Source: Octopus bimaculoides
Taxonomy: Eukaryota
NCBI RefSeq assembly: GCF_001194135.2
Contig: NC_069006.1
Span: forward strand, 18,975,997-19,039,996
DNA length: 64,000 nucleotides
Direction of reading: 5' to 3'
Below, piece after piece: positions 11,708 through 22,631 of the stretch (position 1 is the stretch's first letter; every line of letters starts with the position of its first letter). The position numbers and the translations under genes were made by a program. The notes beneath the pieces are model-generated. The model saw only the letters and a list, made by a program, of their open reading frames with translations, was not told the DNA's origin and did no database searches.

Positions 11708-12085
11708 TGGAGGCATGGCTGTGTGGTGAGAAGCCTACTTCCCAATCACATGGTTCTGGGTTCAGTCCCATTTCATGGCATCTCAGCCAAGTGTTTTCTA
11801 CTATATTCGCAGGCCAACCAAAAACTCGAGAGTGAATTTGGTAGATGAAAACTGAAAGAAGCCCACATATATATGGCTATTTATATATGTATATAGCCAT
11901 AAGTGTGTGTCTTTGTGTCTATGTTTGTCCACACATCATCACTTGACAACGGGTGTTGGTGTGATTATGTCCCTGTAACTTTGCAGTCCAGCAAAAGTGA
12001 CTGATAGAATAAATGCCAGGTTTAAAAATAAGCCCTGGAATTGATTTGTTTGATTAAAACCCCTTCAAGGTGATGCTCTAGTATG
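11708..12085 (+). mobile_element. Full-length major SINE
   Basis: Head tggaggcatggctgtgtggt followed by the family body. Confidence 0.75.
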
Positions 12086-12427
12086 GGCTCACAACTTTTT
12101 TAGTACAATTTTTTGTTGCATGGGATCAAAACTATGAAATTCTTCACACATTCTCCTATCATTGAATCTAAGATAAAATAATATATTTTGTTTTTAAAAT
12201 ATAAATGTTATTTAGATCTAAATTTGACTGGTGGCGTTAGTTACTCTCCTATAACGTTGCTACAAATTTTGATGTAAACCTTTTTCTACTGGATCAAATC
12301 TCAAATTTTTTTTATGCCAAAATGTAGCTAGAGACCAGCCCTCTTCCAAAATGTTATCAGTTTTCAATTTGATTAAGAACTGAATTAACGACAAGTTCTG
12401 AAATATACTGCGTATGAGTAAATTGAA

Positions 12428-12465
<38 letters not shown>

Positions 12466-13137
12466 GAAGGTTTGAAAATGCACTTATTTTTTAAAAATAT
12501 TTATTTACTTAACCGGTTTCACTTTTTTAGAAAAAGATTATCAAAAGTCTTTTGAGAATAATAAAAAATGTTAAAAAACAGTCTGAGTATTAAAATGCAT
12601 ATATACATTCTTTGATGATAAAATATATTTAAAGTATAAAGCTTTGTATGAACTTTGTAGTGTTACATACTGATTGTCACACATTCTCTGATATATACTG
12701 CGTATGAGTATATATGTATGTATGTATGTATGTATATGTCAGAAAAAATATATTCAAGTAGAACAATTCAATCTTTTTGAGGAGTCCAAAAGGAGAGAAA
12801 AATAATATGAAAATGAAGAAAGTTTGCCAATGTGAGGACTAAAAGTATTTTGGATTACAAGACAGTGATTGAAACCTTTGGCATTATGCTGTGCTTGAGA
12901 AGAAGACCCATCAAGCTAAGTGAAACTATAGTCTCAATATATACGACAGGCTTCTTTAAGTTTCCATCTATCAAATCCACTCAGTTTGGTTTGCCTCAGG
13001 ATTTATTAGAAGACACTTGGTCCATGATGTCACTTTGCGAAGCAAACTTCTTAACACACAGCAATGCCTATGTATGTATTATATTCTCAAAAATGTATGA
13101 TCTTGATGCTATGTTAGAAATTTTATATTCATTTCAG

Positions 13138-13239
13138 CAAATATTAGTATTGGAACGAATGTTGTAGTCATGGGTGACTCTAGCATTGCAGAAAAGCCAA
13201 AATGTGAGAGTGATAACGATCAATTCAGCTGCTATCTCA
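13138..13239 (+). CDS. Exon B' of copy 2 (RHIM-like ISIG)
   Basis: catttcAG|CAAAT...CTCA|GTAAGT, 102 nt, phase 1-1. Confidence 0.7.
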
Positions 13240-13758
13240 GTAAGTAAAAGTAGTTTCTATTTGTTTACTCTTTTTACTCTTTTACTTGTTTCAGTCATTT
13301 GACTGCAGCCATGCTGGAGCACCGCCTTTAGTCGAACAAATTGACCCCAGGACTTATTTTTTGTAAGCCTAGTACTTATTCTATTGGTCTCTTTTGCCGA
13401 ACTGCAAAGTTATGGGGACGTAAACACACCAGCATCGGTTGTCAAGCGATGTTGGGGGGACAAACACAGACACACAAACACACACACATATATATATATA
13501 TATATACATATATACGACGGGCTTCTTTCAGTTTCCGTCTACCAAATCCACTCACAAGGCTTTGGTCGGCCCGAGGCTATAGGAGAAAACACTTGCCCAA
13601 GGTGCCATGCATGTGGTTGGTAAGCAAGCTACTTACCACACAGCCACTCCAACCTTTTACTTGTATCAGTCATTAGAAGGAGGCCATGCATATATATATG
13701 TATGCACATATATATATATGTGTCTGTACATATATATATGTATGCACATATGTATATG

Positions 13759-13808
<50 letters not shown>

Positions 13809-16594
13809 TCTATAAATATATACATTGGGTTATCCCTGTAAACAATGCATTTTTTTATACTTCTTTTATTTTCCAAAATTAAGATAAACAAAGTTCTTTT
13901 CTAATCTAAAATATACTCTCCTTCGTTTTCTACAATGCTCTTCTGTCTATCTGGTAGACTTGCAAGGCCCCTCTTCCAAAATTCTCTTGTCCGTGACGAA
14001 AAATACTCCTCCAGTACTGTTCTGACCTCGTCTACAGAATTCATATTTTTTCCATCCAAATGATTTTGAAGACTGCGGAATAAATGATAATCCGATGGGA
14101 CAATGTCCAGCGAATATGGTGGGTGGGGCAAAAAAGGTTCATTCATGAGATGTGACAGCAAAGAAGAGCACACATTCACTTGCAGCACGTGATTAGACTC
14201 GGAAAGTTTGTGAGCAACCTATTGACCCAATTTGCTTACTTTTCCGATGGCACACAGGTGTCAATGAATGGGTGAATGACCAAATCCAAGCTTTTCTGCT
14301 AGTTCCTCAACACTTACAATGGGATTTTGTTCCACTAGGGTTTGCAGGATGTCCTAATTGAGCGCTACAAATCTTCCAGGATGAGGCTCGTCTTCTAGTC
14401 TAATTTCCGTCTTGGAATTTCCGGAACCACTGTTGACACTGGCTTACAGTTATTGTCGAATCCCAATATACTACATTAATATTCCTCACACTTTCTGTTG
14501 CGTTGTTGCCTTTATTGAAATCATAAAGCAAAATAGCTTTGAAAAAATAACTGTTAAAATCAAACAGCACTCTTTAAAATTTGCAGTAAGAACAATCACA
14601 AGGTGAACTTACTACCTGCTTTTATAGTAAGTGAATACAGGTAGTTTATCCTGTTCCCCTGTGACTTTTAGTTCATGCAATTGATAAAAACTGCATTATT
14701 TATGAGATGACCCTTATAAATGAGTAACAGTAGAGAACTACAGGTGTCACTTCATGATGACCATTTCAAACAACTCGTTTAGTTAATTAACAAAAACATT
14801 ACATCATTGTAAAGAAACCGTTTTCATCAGATAAATTCATGAACTTCAAAATATAGCACATTCAATATGATTTGACATAGTTTACAATCTATACAACAAA
14901 AATATTTCTAGAAATAGCAGCAGAAACAATATAAATGTTTTTGCTCTGTGGATTGTAAACTATGTTAAATCATTTTGAATGTCCTTTATTTTGAAGTTCA
15001 TGAATTCGTCTGAGGAAAACTGTTTTTTTTCACAATGATGTAATGTCTTCATTAATCAATTAAAGGGTTCATTAGAAACAGTCATAATTGATTGACACCT
15101 GTACCTCTGCAGTTACTCGTTTACATTTTATTCACCTGTCTCGAAATCTGCTCTTCATAAATATTATGGACCATATATTTAATATAATGTACATGTCAAG
15201 AGTGGATTTCTTCATTCAGCTTGGTTTAATAGTCTACATACACTGCAAGAATATCATTTGGCTGGTATTTATGTAGCAAGTTTGATGTTTACATAATATT
15301 GTTGTGTGTGTGTGTGTGTGTGTAAGTTGCCAACTAAGGATTACAAGGATTTAAAAGATTTGGGGATGACAAAACACCCCATGTGACTAACACAGGGTTA
15401 AGATAGAGTGTGAAATTTGATGGCGATTTAATTGTTATTTCTAAACAAAAAAGTAAATATGAAACATTTCAATATAAAATCTTAAGAATCATGGAAATAT
15501 TTTTGCAGAGTCTAATACAGTACTGACTGAGAAACACCTCACCAAAATAGCCAAATACTTAGCGAAAAAATGGAAGTCTGTTGGTAAGTATAAAATATCC
15601 ATTACTTCAGATGTTTTGCTTCTATCATATCTTTGTTTTATCTTTGACTTGTTTCAGTCATTAGACTGTGGCCATGCTGGTGCACCACCTTGAAGAATTT
15701 TTAGTCAGATGAATTCAGTACTTTTTTTTTTTTTTTTTTGAAGCCAGGTGTTTATTCTATCAGTCACTTTTGCTGAACTGCTAAGTTACAGAGATGCGAA
15801 CACACCAACCCTGGTTGTCAAGCAGTGGTGGAAACAAACACACACATACACACGTGCACATAGGTTTGAAATAAGGTGGAAAAAGTAGTACTTGAATACC
15901 AAAGGTAGAAAAAAATGTTCTTTTATTGAAGCTGGAAAAACCTTCACAAGCTGTTACTCAGATTTTTATGTAACCTATCATCAGACAGTTGTGATACTGA
16001 ATTATCAAATATTTCTGATGAAACTCTGAGTAAGAGTTTGTGGAGGATTTTTTCCAGCTTCAAAAAATTAGTTCATCATTTCTTTGGTGACATCCCTCCA
16101 GGATCAGGTCATGAATTTTCATGATGCTTTCATTCGTTTGGGAGGTCGACGGTCGCCTTGCATGAGGTTGGTCTTCAAATGACTAGTGACCCTTCCTACA
16201 GCATGGAAACCACTCATAAACTTGTGCTTCGCTTATGGCAGCATCCTTGTAAGCTGCTTGAAGTTTGACAACTGTTTCAGCGACCATTTTTCCCTAGTAT
16301 AAATTTTTTCATTATGTATCCCTCGAAATCGATACATTATTTACTATTATTATTGTTGTTGTCAATGATATAATATTTTTATTTTCAGGTCGAAATTTAG
16401 GGATTGAAAATGCTGACATAGATATAATACAAAGTGACAACGTACTTAATACTGAAGAACAGAGTTTTCAAATGTTGAACAAATGGTTGAAGATGTCCAA
16501 GCCAGAGAAAGGTACAACTGGCAATTTAGCTAAAGCTCTCATTGATGCTGATTGTCATGGTGCGATTCCATATTTACCATTAGATGAAGAGTGA
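13138..16594 (+). CDS. Duplicated RHIM-like + death-domain module, copy 2; join(13138..13239,15509..15583,16389..16594)
   Basis: Paralogous to exons B, C and D, with GT-AG phase-1 introns. Open frame: xNISIGTNVVVMGDSSIAEKPKCESDNDQFSCYL-K-SNTVLTEKHLTKIAKYLAKKWKSV-G-RNLGIENADIDIIQSDNVLNTEEQSFQMLNKWLKMSKPEKGTTGNLAKALIDADCHGAIPYLPLDEE*. No upstream exon A equivalent was found. Confidence 0.7.
13268..13650 (-). mobile_element. Full-length young major SINE in the copy 2 B'-C' intron
   Basis: Near-consensus sequence with a (TACTCTTT)n tail on the + strand. Confidence 0.85.
13823..14716 (-). mobile_element. Internally deleted mariner element
   Basis: ORF 13901-14188 encodes the transposase C-terminus (HPPYSLDIVPSDYHLFRSL). 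Degenerate TIRs: gggttatccctgtaaacaatgc and the reverse complement gggtcatctcataaataatgc. Confidence 0.8.
14779..15063. repeat. Foldback element (~130-bp imperfect inverted arms, ~25-bp spacer)
   Basis: acattacatcattgt...ttcatgaacttcaaaata...catagtttacaatc is mirrored at 14933-15063. Confidence 0.75.
15509..15583 (+). CDS. Exon C' of copy 2 (death domain N-terminal part)
   Basis: 72/75 nt identical to exon C, with the same splice sites. Confidence 0.8.
15928..16061. repeat. Nested palindromic element with a collapsed hammerhead-like core
   Basis: GAAGCTGGAAAAA/TTTTTCCAGCTTC, TTACTCAGA/TCTGAGTAA and CATCAGA/TCTGATG nested pairs; CTGATGAAACTC at 16015. Confidence 0.55.
16389..16594 (+). CDS. 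Exon D' of copy 2 (death domain C-terminal part)
   Basis: attttcAG|GTCGA; 67 codons to TGA (16592-16594); no indels relative to exon D. Confidence 0.8.
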
Positions 16595-16800
16595 TTAGCA
16601 GAAAAAAATTTCTCCACCGTGGTATGTTTTGAATAAGAAGACCATTATTATATCATTTAATTTCTAAATATCTGCTTATATCTGTATTAATATTTGATTA
16701 TACCAGTACTGATATGACATATATTGAAGTACCAAAATATTTTAAGTGTTTAGGGTCTTAATCCTGCCTACATATATATGTTATTCGAAATATGAACAAT

Positions 16801-16818
16801 AATAAACCATAAAATAAA
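16801..16818 (+). terminator. Twin AATAAA polyadenylation signals, copy 2
   Basis: AATAAA at 16801-16806 and 16813-16818, homologous to copy 1. Confidence 0.5.
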
Positions 16819-17879
16819 TTTTTATTTTTCAAAATGAAAAAAAAACTAACAGTAAGATGGAAATTGTTCATTTTTGTATTCTTCTAGTTTCTTTATTTTG
16901 GAAAAGTTTTCTCCTCCTTTTTTAATTGCAAAGTCTTTGATCAGATCCCTAAAATTAGTTTTACGTAACACATCTACGTTTATAATTAGTATAGATAAAG
17001 TATCCTGAATATTATCTTACCAAGTTTAAAGTGATTTCTTTTGTGCCGTAAACCATTTACCATTTCTCAGATTCCCTGCTTCTCTTGATGCACTAAGCAT
17101 GTATTTATTTTGTATAATGATTAATCCAATGTTGTATGTAGGTATTCAGGATGTGCATCAGTTGTTAGCTGAACACTTTTAATTTTCAAATGTACCTTGC
17201 CTGCTTAACCCTTTTAATACCAACCTGCCTGAAACTACCCCTGGCTCTATGATAACAACCCATGTTTTCATATTACTAACTACTAAGTCAAAAGAAATTC
17301 AATTTATTGCATCTTTAGCGACTTCAGATATTGCTTAATCGACAATGTATTATTTGAAAAGTGAATAAAACAAATTCTCATACTGAGGAGGGATGGGGGC
17401 TGAGATTCTAACTAGGGGTGCTGAGCACCCCATAGCCCGCCCACCCCCCGTGGCTACGTGTCTGTGAGAGGACAGACTACTTCTACCCGAAATTCATTCA
17501 ACTAGCAGAGCCTGAATACTTTTACTAATTACAGGGTGGCAGCAATAAGCAGTGACGTGTACAAATAGAAAGTTATTAACAGCTCAAATATGCTAGGAGC
17601 ATATTCAAAACCGTAAAAATGTCATTAAGTGTGTTTTTGCCACTGAGAAAATTTCTTGCGATGGTGTTAATACACCAACATCAGCTCCCAGCGTCACAAA
17701 ACACAGTGAACTGCTTTCTTACTGGTTCAAATATGCCTCGAGCATATTTGAACTGGTAATAACCTTGGACTTGCACTAATGTCCACTGAAACGGGGTATC
17801 AACTAAAAAAAGAACATTTGTCTTCGAGAAAACGCCAGAACGCACAAGGGGGAGGTAAAAGAACAAAGTGAAATGAGAA

Positions 17880-18228
17880 AAAAGAGAGTTGTGTCCCTTT
17901 GACCTCTTCCACATCTGGTGCACGTTTTTCTTTAAGGATATTTTTCATATAAAGGACAAAAAACAAGTTACAGGGAGTAGCATCGGGTGAATGGGGGTGG
18001 TGAAGGTAAGTGGAGTCATGCCATTTTTGGTCAAAAACTGTCTTACACTCCAGACGGTGCGCGCAGGCGCATTGTCGTGATAAAACCACCACTCTCCACT
18101 TCGCCACAGGTCATGCATTTTCGTCTTTGCCGCGTCTTGCAAATGCTTCAGAACTGCCAAGTGAAATGTCTGGTTAACAGTTTGGCCTGGAGGAATAAAT
18201 TCTGTGTGGGTAATTCCTTTTGTGAAGG
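17880..18228 (-). mobile_element. Mariner transposase fragment
   Basis: WWFYHDNAPART..SVRQFLTKN and HHPHSPDATPCNLFF, the catalytic-region motifs, frameshifted. Confidence 0.8.
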
Positions 18229-18399
18229 CGCATAGCTCAGTGGTTAGAGCGTCGAACTTACGATCGTGGGTTGTGAGTTTGAATCCCGAACCGGGCTGCG
18301 TGTTGAGTTCTTGAGCAAGACACTTTATTTCACGTTGCTCCAGTTTCACTCCGCTGTAGAAATGAGTTGCAATGTCACTGGTGCCAAGCTGTATAGACC

Positions 18400-20010
18400 C
18401 TCCTACCTCTCTTTCAGTAACCAAATCATCGTCTCTGCCTCAGGAGTCAAACAAGGCGATCCACTCGGGCCTGCTCTGTTCGCATTGGGCATTGATGGCA
18501 TCACTAAGATGGGGCTCAAGCTAGACCTTAATATCTGGTATCTTGACGATGCTTCTTTGGAGGGGGAGGGACATCTAGACAGGGTTCTTGCCATTGCAAA
18601 CAAAATGGTTAAGGAGCTTGGTCGTAGGGTCCCCAAGTAAATAGCGCTAAATGTGAGCTCTGGATCCTCAACCACCTGGCTTCTCAACATCAACAATCTA
18701 TAGACCTATTTGTAGAGCCTTTCCCTTCCATTGCAGTTCCTCCCTCATCGGTGTGGTGCTCCTTAGGAGCCCCAATTACTGACCTTGATTCTATATTTGC
18801 TTAAAGTCAGCTCCTCTGAGTAATTCCCATCTTGCCTCCATTGCTTCAACAACCTAATTTTTGAGAGGTTTGAATACTTGGTCAATGTCAGGTTCTCTCC
18901 AGCGTGCTATGATCAGGCTGCATTGTACAAGCAATTTGGGGGTCTTGGTCTTTGTAAGTTTACATCCCTCTCTCTCCCCTCCTTCTGTTCCTCTATTCAC
19001 GCCTGCTCCATCCTGGTGAGCAACATCTTCTCCTCTCCAACATGGACCAGTTCCAACAGGGAGTTCGATGAAGTTCTCCAACACAGTAGTGAATTGGGCT
19101 TGTCTGCTCCTGAGAAGGCGGAGGACTGTCGGAGTCAGAGAGCTTGGGACAATATAATTTCAAATGCCACCTTCAACTCATTCTTCATCCAGTTGGACCA
19201 GTTTCCAAGGTGCTGCTTACTATCTGCTTGCACCAAATACTCAGGTGACTGGTTTGATGCCATTCCTGTGGCTAACATCAGTGGCCCACTCAGCTTGGAC
19301 GAACTTTGTGTTTCTATTGCCCTCAGAGTGGGAGCTGATGTCTGCATGAGTTTCAGTTATTGTTGTGTCAAGCTCCTTGACTTCACAGGCCTCCATGGTT
19401 TTTCTACCCGCCTGAATGCCGATCACTTCAAGCATCATACGGAATTAAACCTTACACTCGAGAGGAGTTTGGCCTGGGAAAACATCCCCTCCATCATGGA
19501 ACCATCTGGGTTGTCCACATGTGATGGGAAAAGACCCGACAGCCTCACCCTGTACCCCTTGTTGAGAGGCAGATGCTTTGTCTGGGACATCACAGTTAGT
19601 GACTCCTTTGCTTCTTCTCACATCCTGGATGCTGTGGCCAGGGTGAGATCCACAGCTTCTGTGGCTGAGTGGAACAAAATCCTAAAGTACTACGATCTGT
19701 CAGCCAACTACATTTTCCATCTTGTGGCGCTTGAGATTTTTGGTGGGGTTGGACCACTGACTGCAAGATTCCTGTCTTTACTGGCAGATCTCCAAGCAGA
19801 GGTAACTGGTGAATCTTATAAGGGTGCTTGGTTGTTCCAGCGCATCAGCCTTCCCATCACCCGCAGCACCGCTACAAGTGTGGTGTGCCTCAATAGTCAT
19901 TAGAGAAGTTTTCCCAGCACCCCAAAATGTTCAACCTAAGGTGGTGAATTGTTTTTGTTTTTTGTTTTGTTGTTTTTCTTCTTCTCACTCTTATGTATAT
20001 ATTTAATAAA
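18400..20010 (+). mobile_element. 5'-truncated CRE-like (RLE-type) non-LTR retrotransposon
   Basis: RT motifs SGVKQGDPLGPALF and NIWYLDD. The C-terminus has a degenerate C/H region, KRPD, WDITVSD and E..KILKY, typical of restriction-like endonucleases. AATAAA near 20005. Confidence 0.8.
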
Positions 20011-20789
20011 GGGTTTACTAACCATGTAATATATCTTTAAATAAGCATTACATTTGACAGAGTAATCTGAACGCTAAAGGGTCAATACTTTAGTATTTAA
20101 ACCTGCCGTATCTGGTCCAGATATTCTATCAGTTTTATGTTTAAATCAGCCACATTTAGCTATTCGTACCCACCCTCCAATGTCATTCTAGAAATAAACG
20201 TCATTAAAATCTTGAAGGCGCACGCGCACACACAATCACACGCATGCCCGCACACACACACACATCTCAGGCTTTGGTTAGCTGGAATCAGCACCGAAAA
20301 CGAAATAAACTATGTTAAATGAAAACAGTTTCAGACTGTTTTGTCACAAATATTTTATTAAGCGTTCCTTATATGTAAAGTAAGGGACATCACTCTTGAG
20401 AGAACTAATTTAGTAAGGGAAATAACTCGAACTTCTGGACGAGCGAGCAGAAGATAGACGTCTGTCGAGATTAATTGCTAAGAAAATGCAATGAAGAGAT
20501 TTAAGCAAGAGTCAGGCCATCACACTGGCATTGGTACAAATTCTTCTATACTAATAATTCCTGTATTTACTCACAGTTTGTAAATTTAGAGTTGATACAA
20601 AGCAAACATTCTATTGCTGAGATTGTTGGTTCTCAACTTCGGACGATATGACTATTGAGGCTCTATATATGATTTTGTTGTTTATGTGCAAGAAACTGGT
20701 TGTATTTATACAATACTCAAAATATTTTAACTTTTTCCTACAATTCCCAATAATAATTAGTTATAAAATATACCTGTGCCCAGCGTTGC

Positions 20790-21130
20790 CTTTCTGGCGC
20801 TTGTGCCCGTGGCATGTGTAAGGACTTTCGAGCGACATCGTTGCCAGTGCCCCTGGACTGGCCCTTGTGCGGGTGGCACATAAAATACACCATTTCGAGC
20901 GTGGTCGTTGCCAGTACCGCCTGACTGGCATTCGTGCCAGTGGCACGTAAAATCACCTACTACACTCTCGGAATGGTTGGCGTTAGGAAGGGCATCCAGC
21001 TGTAGAAACTCTGCCAAATTAGATTGGAGCCTGGTGTAGCCATCTGTTTTCACCAGTCCTCAGTCAAATCGTCCAACCCATGCTAGCATGGAAAGCGGAC
21101 GTTAAACGACGACGATGATGATGATGATGA
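20790..21130 (+). mobile_element. SINE/LINE-tail family with GCCAGT subrepeats and a (GAT)n tail
   Basis: Further copies at 32160-32490 (-), 47850-48070 and 50225-50675. Confidence 0.7.
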
Positions 21131-22569
21131 TTAGTAGGATATTTTAAATGTTGAATGGCTATACGGGTCCACCCATGCAAATTAGGAATCAAAGTGGTCC
21201 ACAGGTAAAAAGGGTTGAGAACCACTGGTCTAGATTAATGGCAGTATCATACAAATTATATTACCAAAAGAGAACCCTGAAAGGATGAAAGGCAAAGTCG
21301 ATGGCAGTGGAATTACAGCTCAGATCATAAAGATGGACAAAAAGGCTGCTAAGCATTTTACCCTGTGCAATAATGATTCTATATACCATTCAGTATCCTG
21401 TACTGAGTCTGCCAAGGTCGACTTTGCCTTTCATCCTTTCGGGGTCGATAAATTAAGTGTCAGTTGCGTACTGAGGTCGATCTAATCGACTGCCACCCCC
21501 CCTCCCACAACATTTTGGACCGTGTGATTAGAATAGAAAAGAATATCCTTTATTGAGTAACAGACCCTGTTTTTGAAGGTGGTTAATTTGCATATAGTGT
21601 ATCAAAAATAGTTTGGTTCTTTACTTTTTCTTTGTGGATTGGTAAAGATTAAACATACTCTGCTTGAGAAGTGTATTAATCTGTACTTGTATCTGTAAAA
21701 TAAAATCATGTTCCTTACTTTTCTTTGCTTACTTGTCATCCTATAAACATTATACTCTATTCATGGTACAATATGGTATCTTTTAAGTAGATTCAGAAAT
21801 ACCAAACAGATTGCTTTTGAAGTGTATTACTTTTAATCTGTTAAATATATAAAGTATGACTGATAAATTTGTCATTGCTTGAAGTTCTTTTATCATGGAT
21901 TTAAGACTATCAAACCTTAGATTAACTCTTACTCTCATGTAGTTCTCTGTGTTTTAACTCCTTGTTCATATAAGGATTGGCAAAAGAGACTTAAAACTAC
22001 GTTTAGAATGTAATAACTTTAATGCAGCCTTCTGTGTGCATACGTGATCTTGCAATGTTACAGGTCATATCCTGTGCAACCCATTTGTGTACCTAGTGAG
22101 GAAGCATGTTTTCAAGCAGTTCATGAATGAGTGTCCACTGCGGATTGGAGTGGTCTATGATGTCAAGAGTTAAACAACAACAGGTTATATAATGAAATAG
22201 GCTGGACAGTTGAGCTAGTGAATGTTCCTGCCATCACACTGTACCCAACAAGACAAACCGCAGCATGTCAACTTGATTGGTGTAGTTATCAACCTGCCAC
22301 AGCCAAGGTAAATCTGGAAAAATACTGTGGCTGACTACCTATCTGCCATAATAATCTGCCGGGTCATACAATAACAACAACAACAACAATAATGATGATG
22401 ACAATGCTAAATAAAATCACTTTGTGTGTATAACAGAGTTTATAAAATCATTTATTTATTATCAGATTAAAATTAAAATTTAAATATTCATGCTGAATAA
22501 CAATTCTTGTTTTCACAAACCTAATAATGATGACTTGTTATTTATATACATACTTGCACGTGTGTGTGT

Positions 22570-22631
<62 letters not shown>

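Noticed and set aside
21282-21437. 20-bp perfect inverted repeat AGGATGAAAGGCAAAGTCGA
   Set aside because: It comes from two oppositely oriented fragments of a common SINE.
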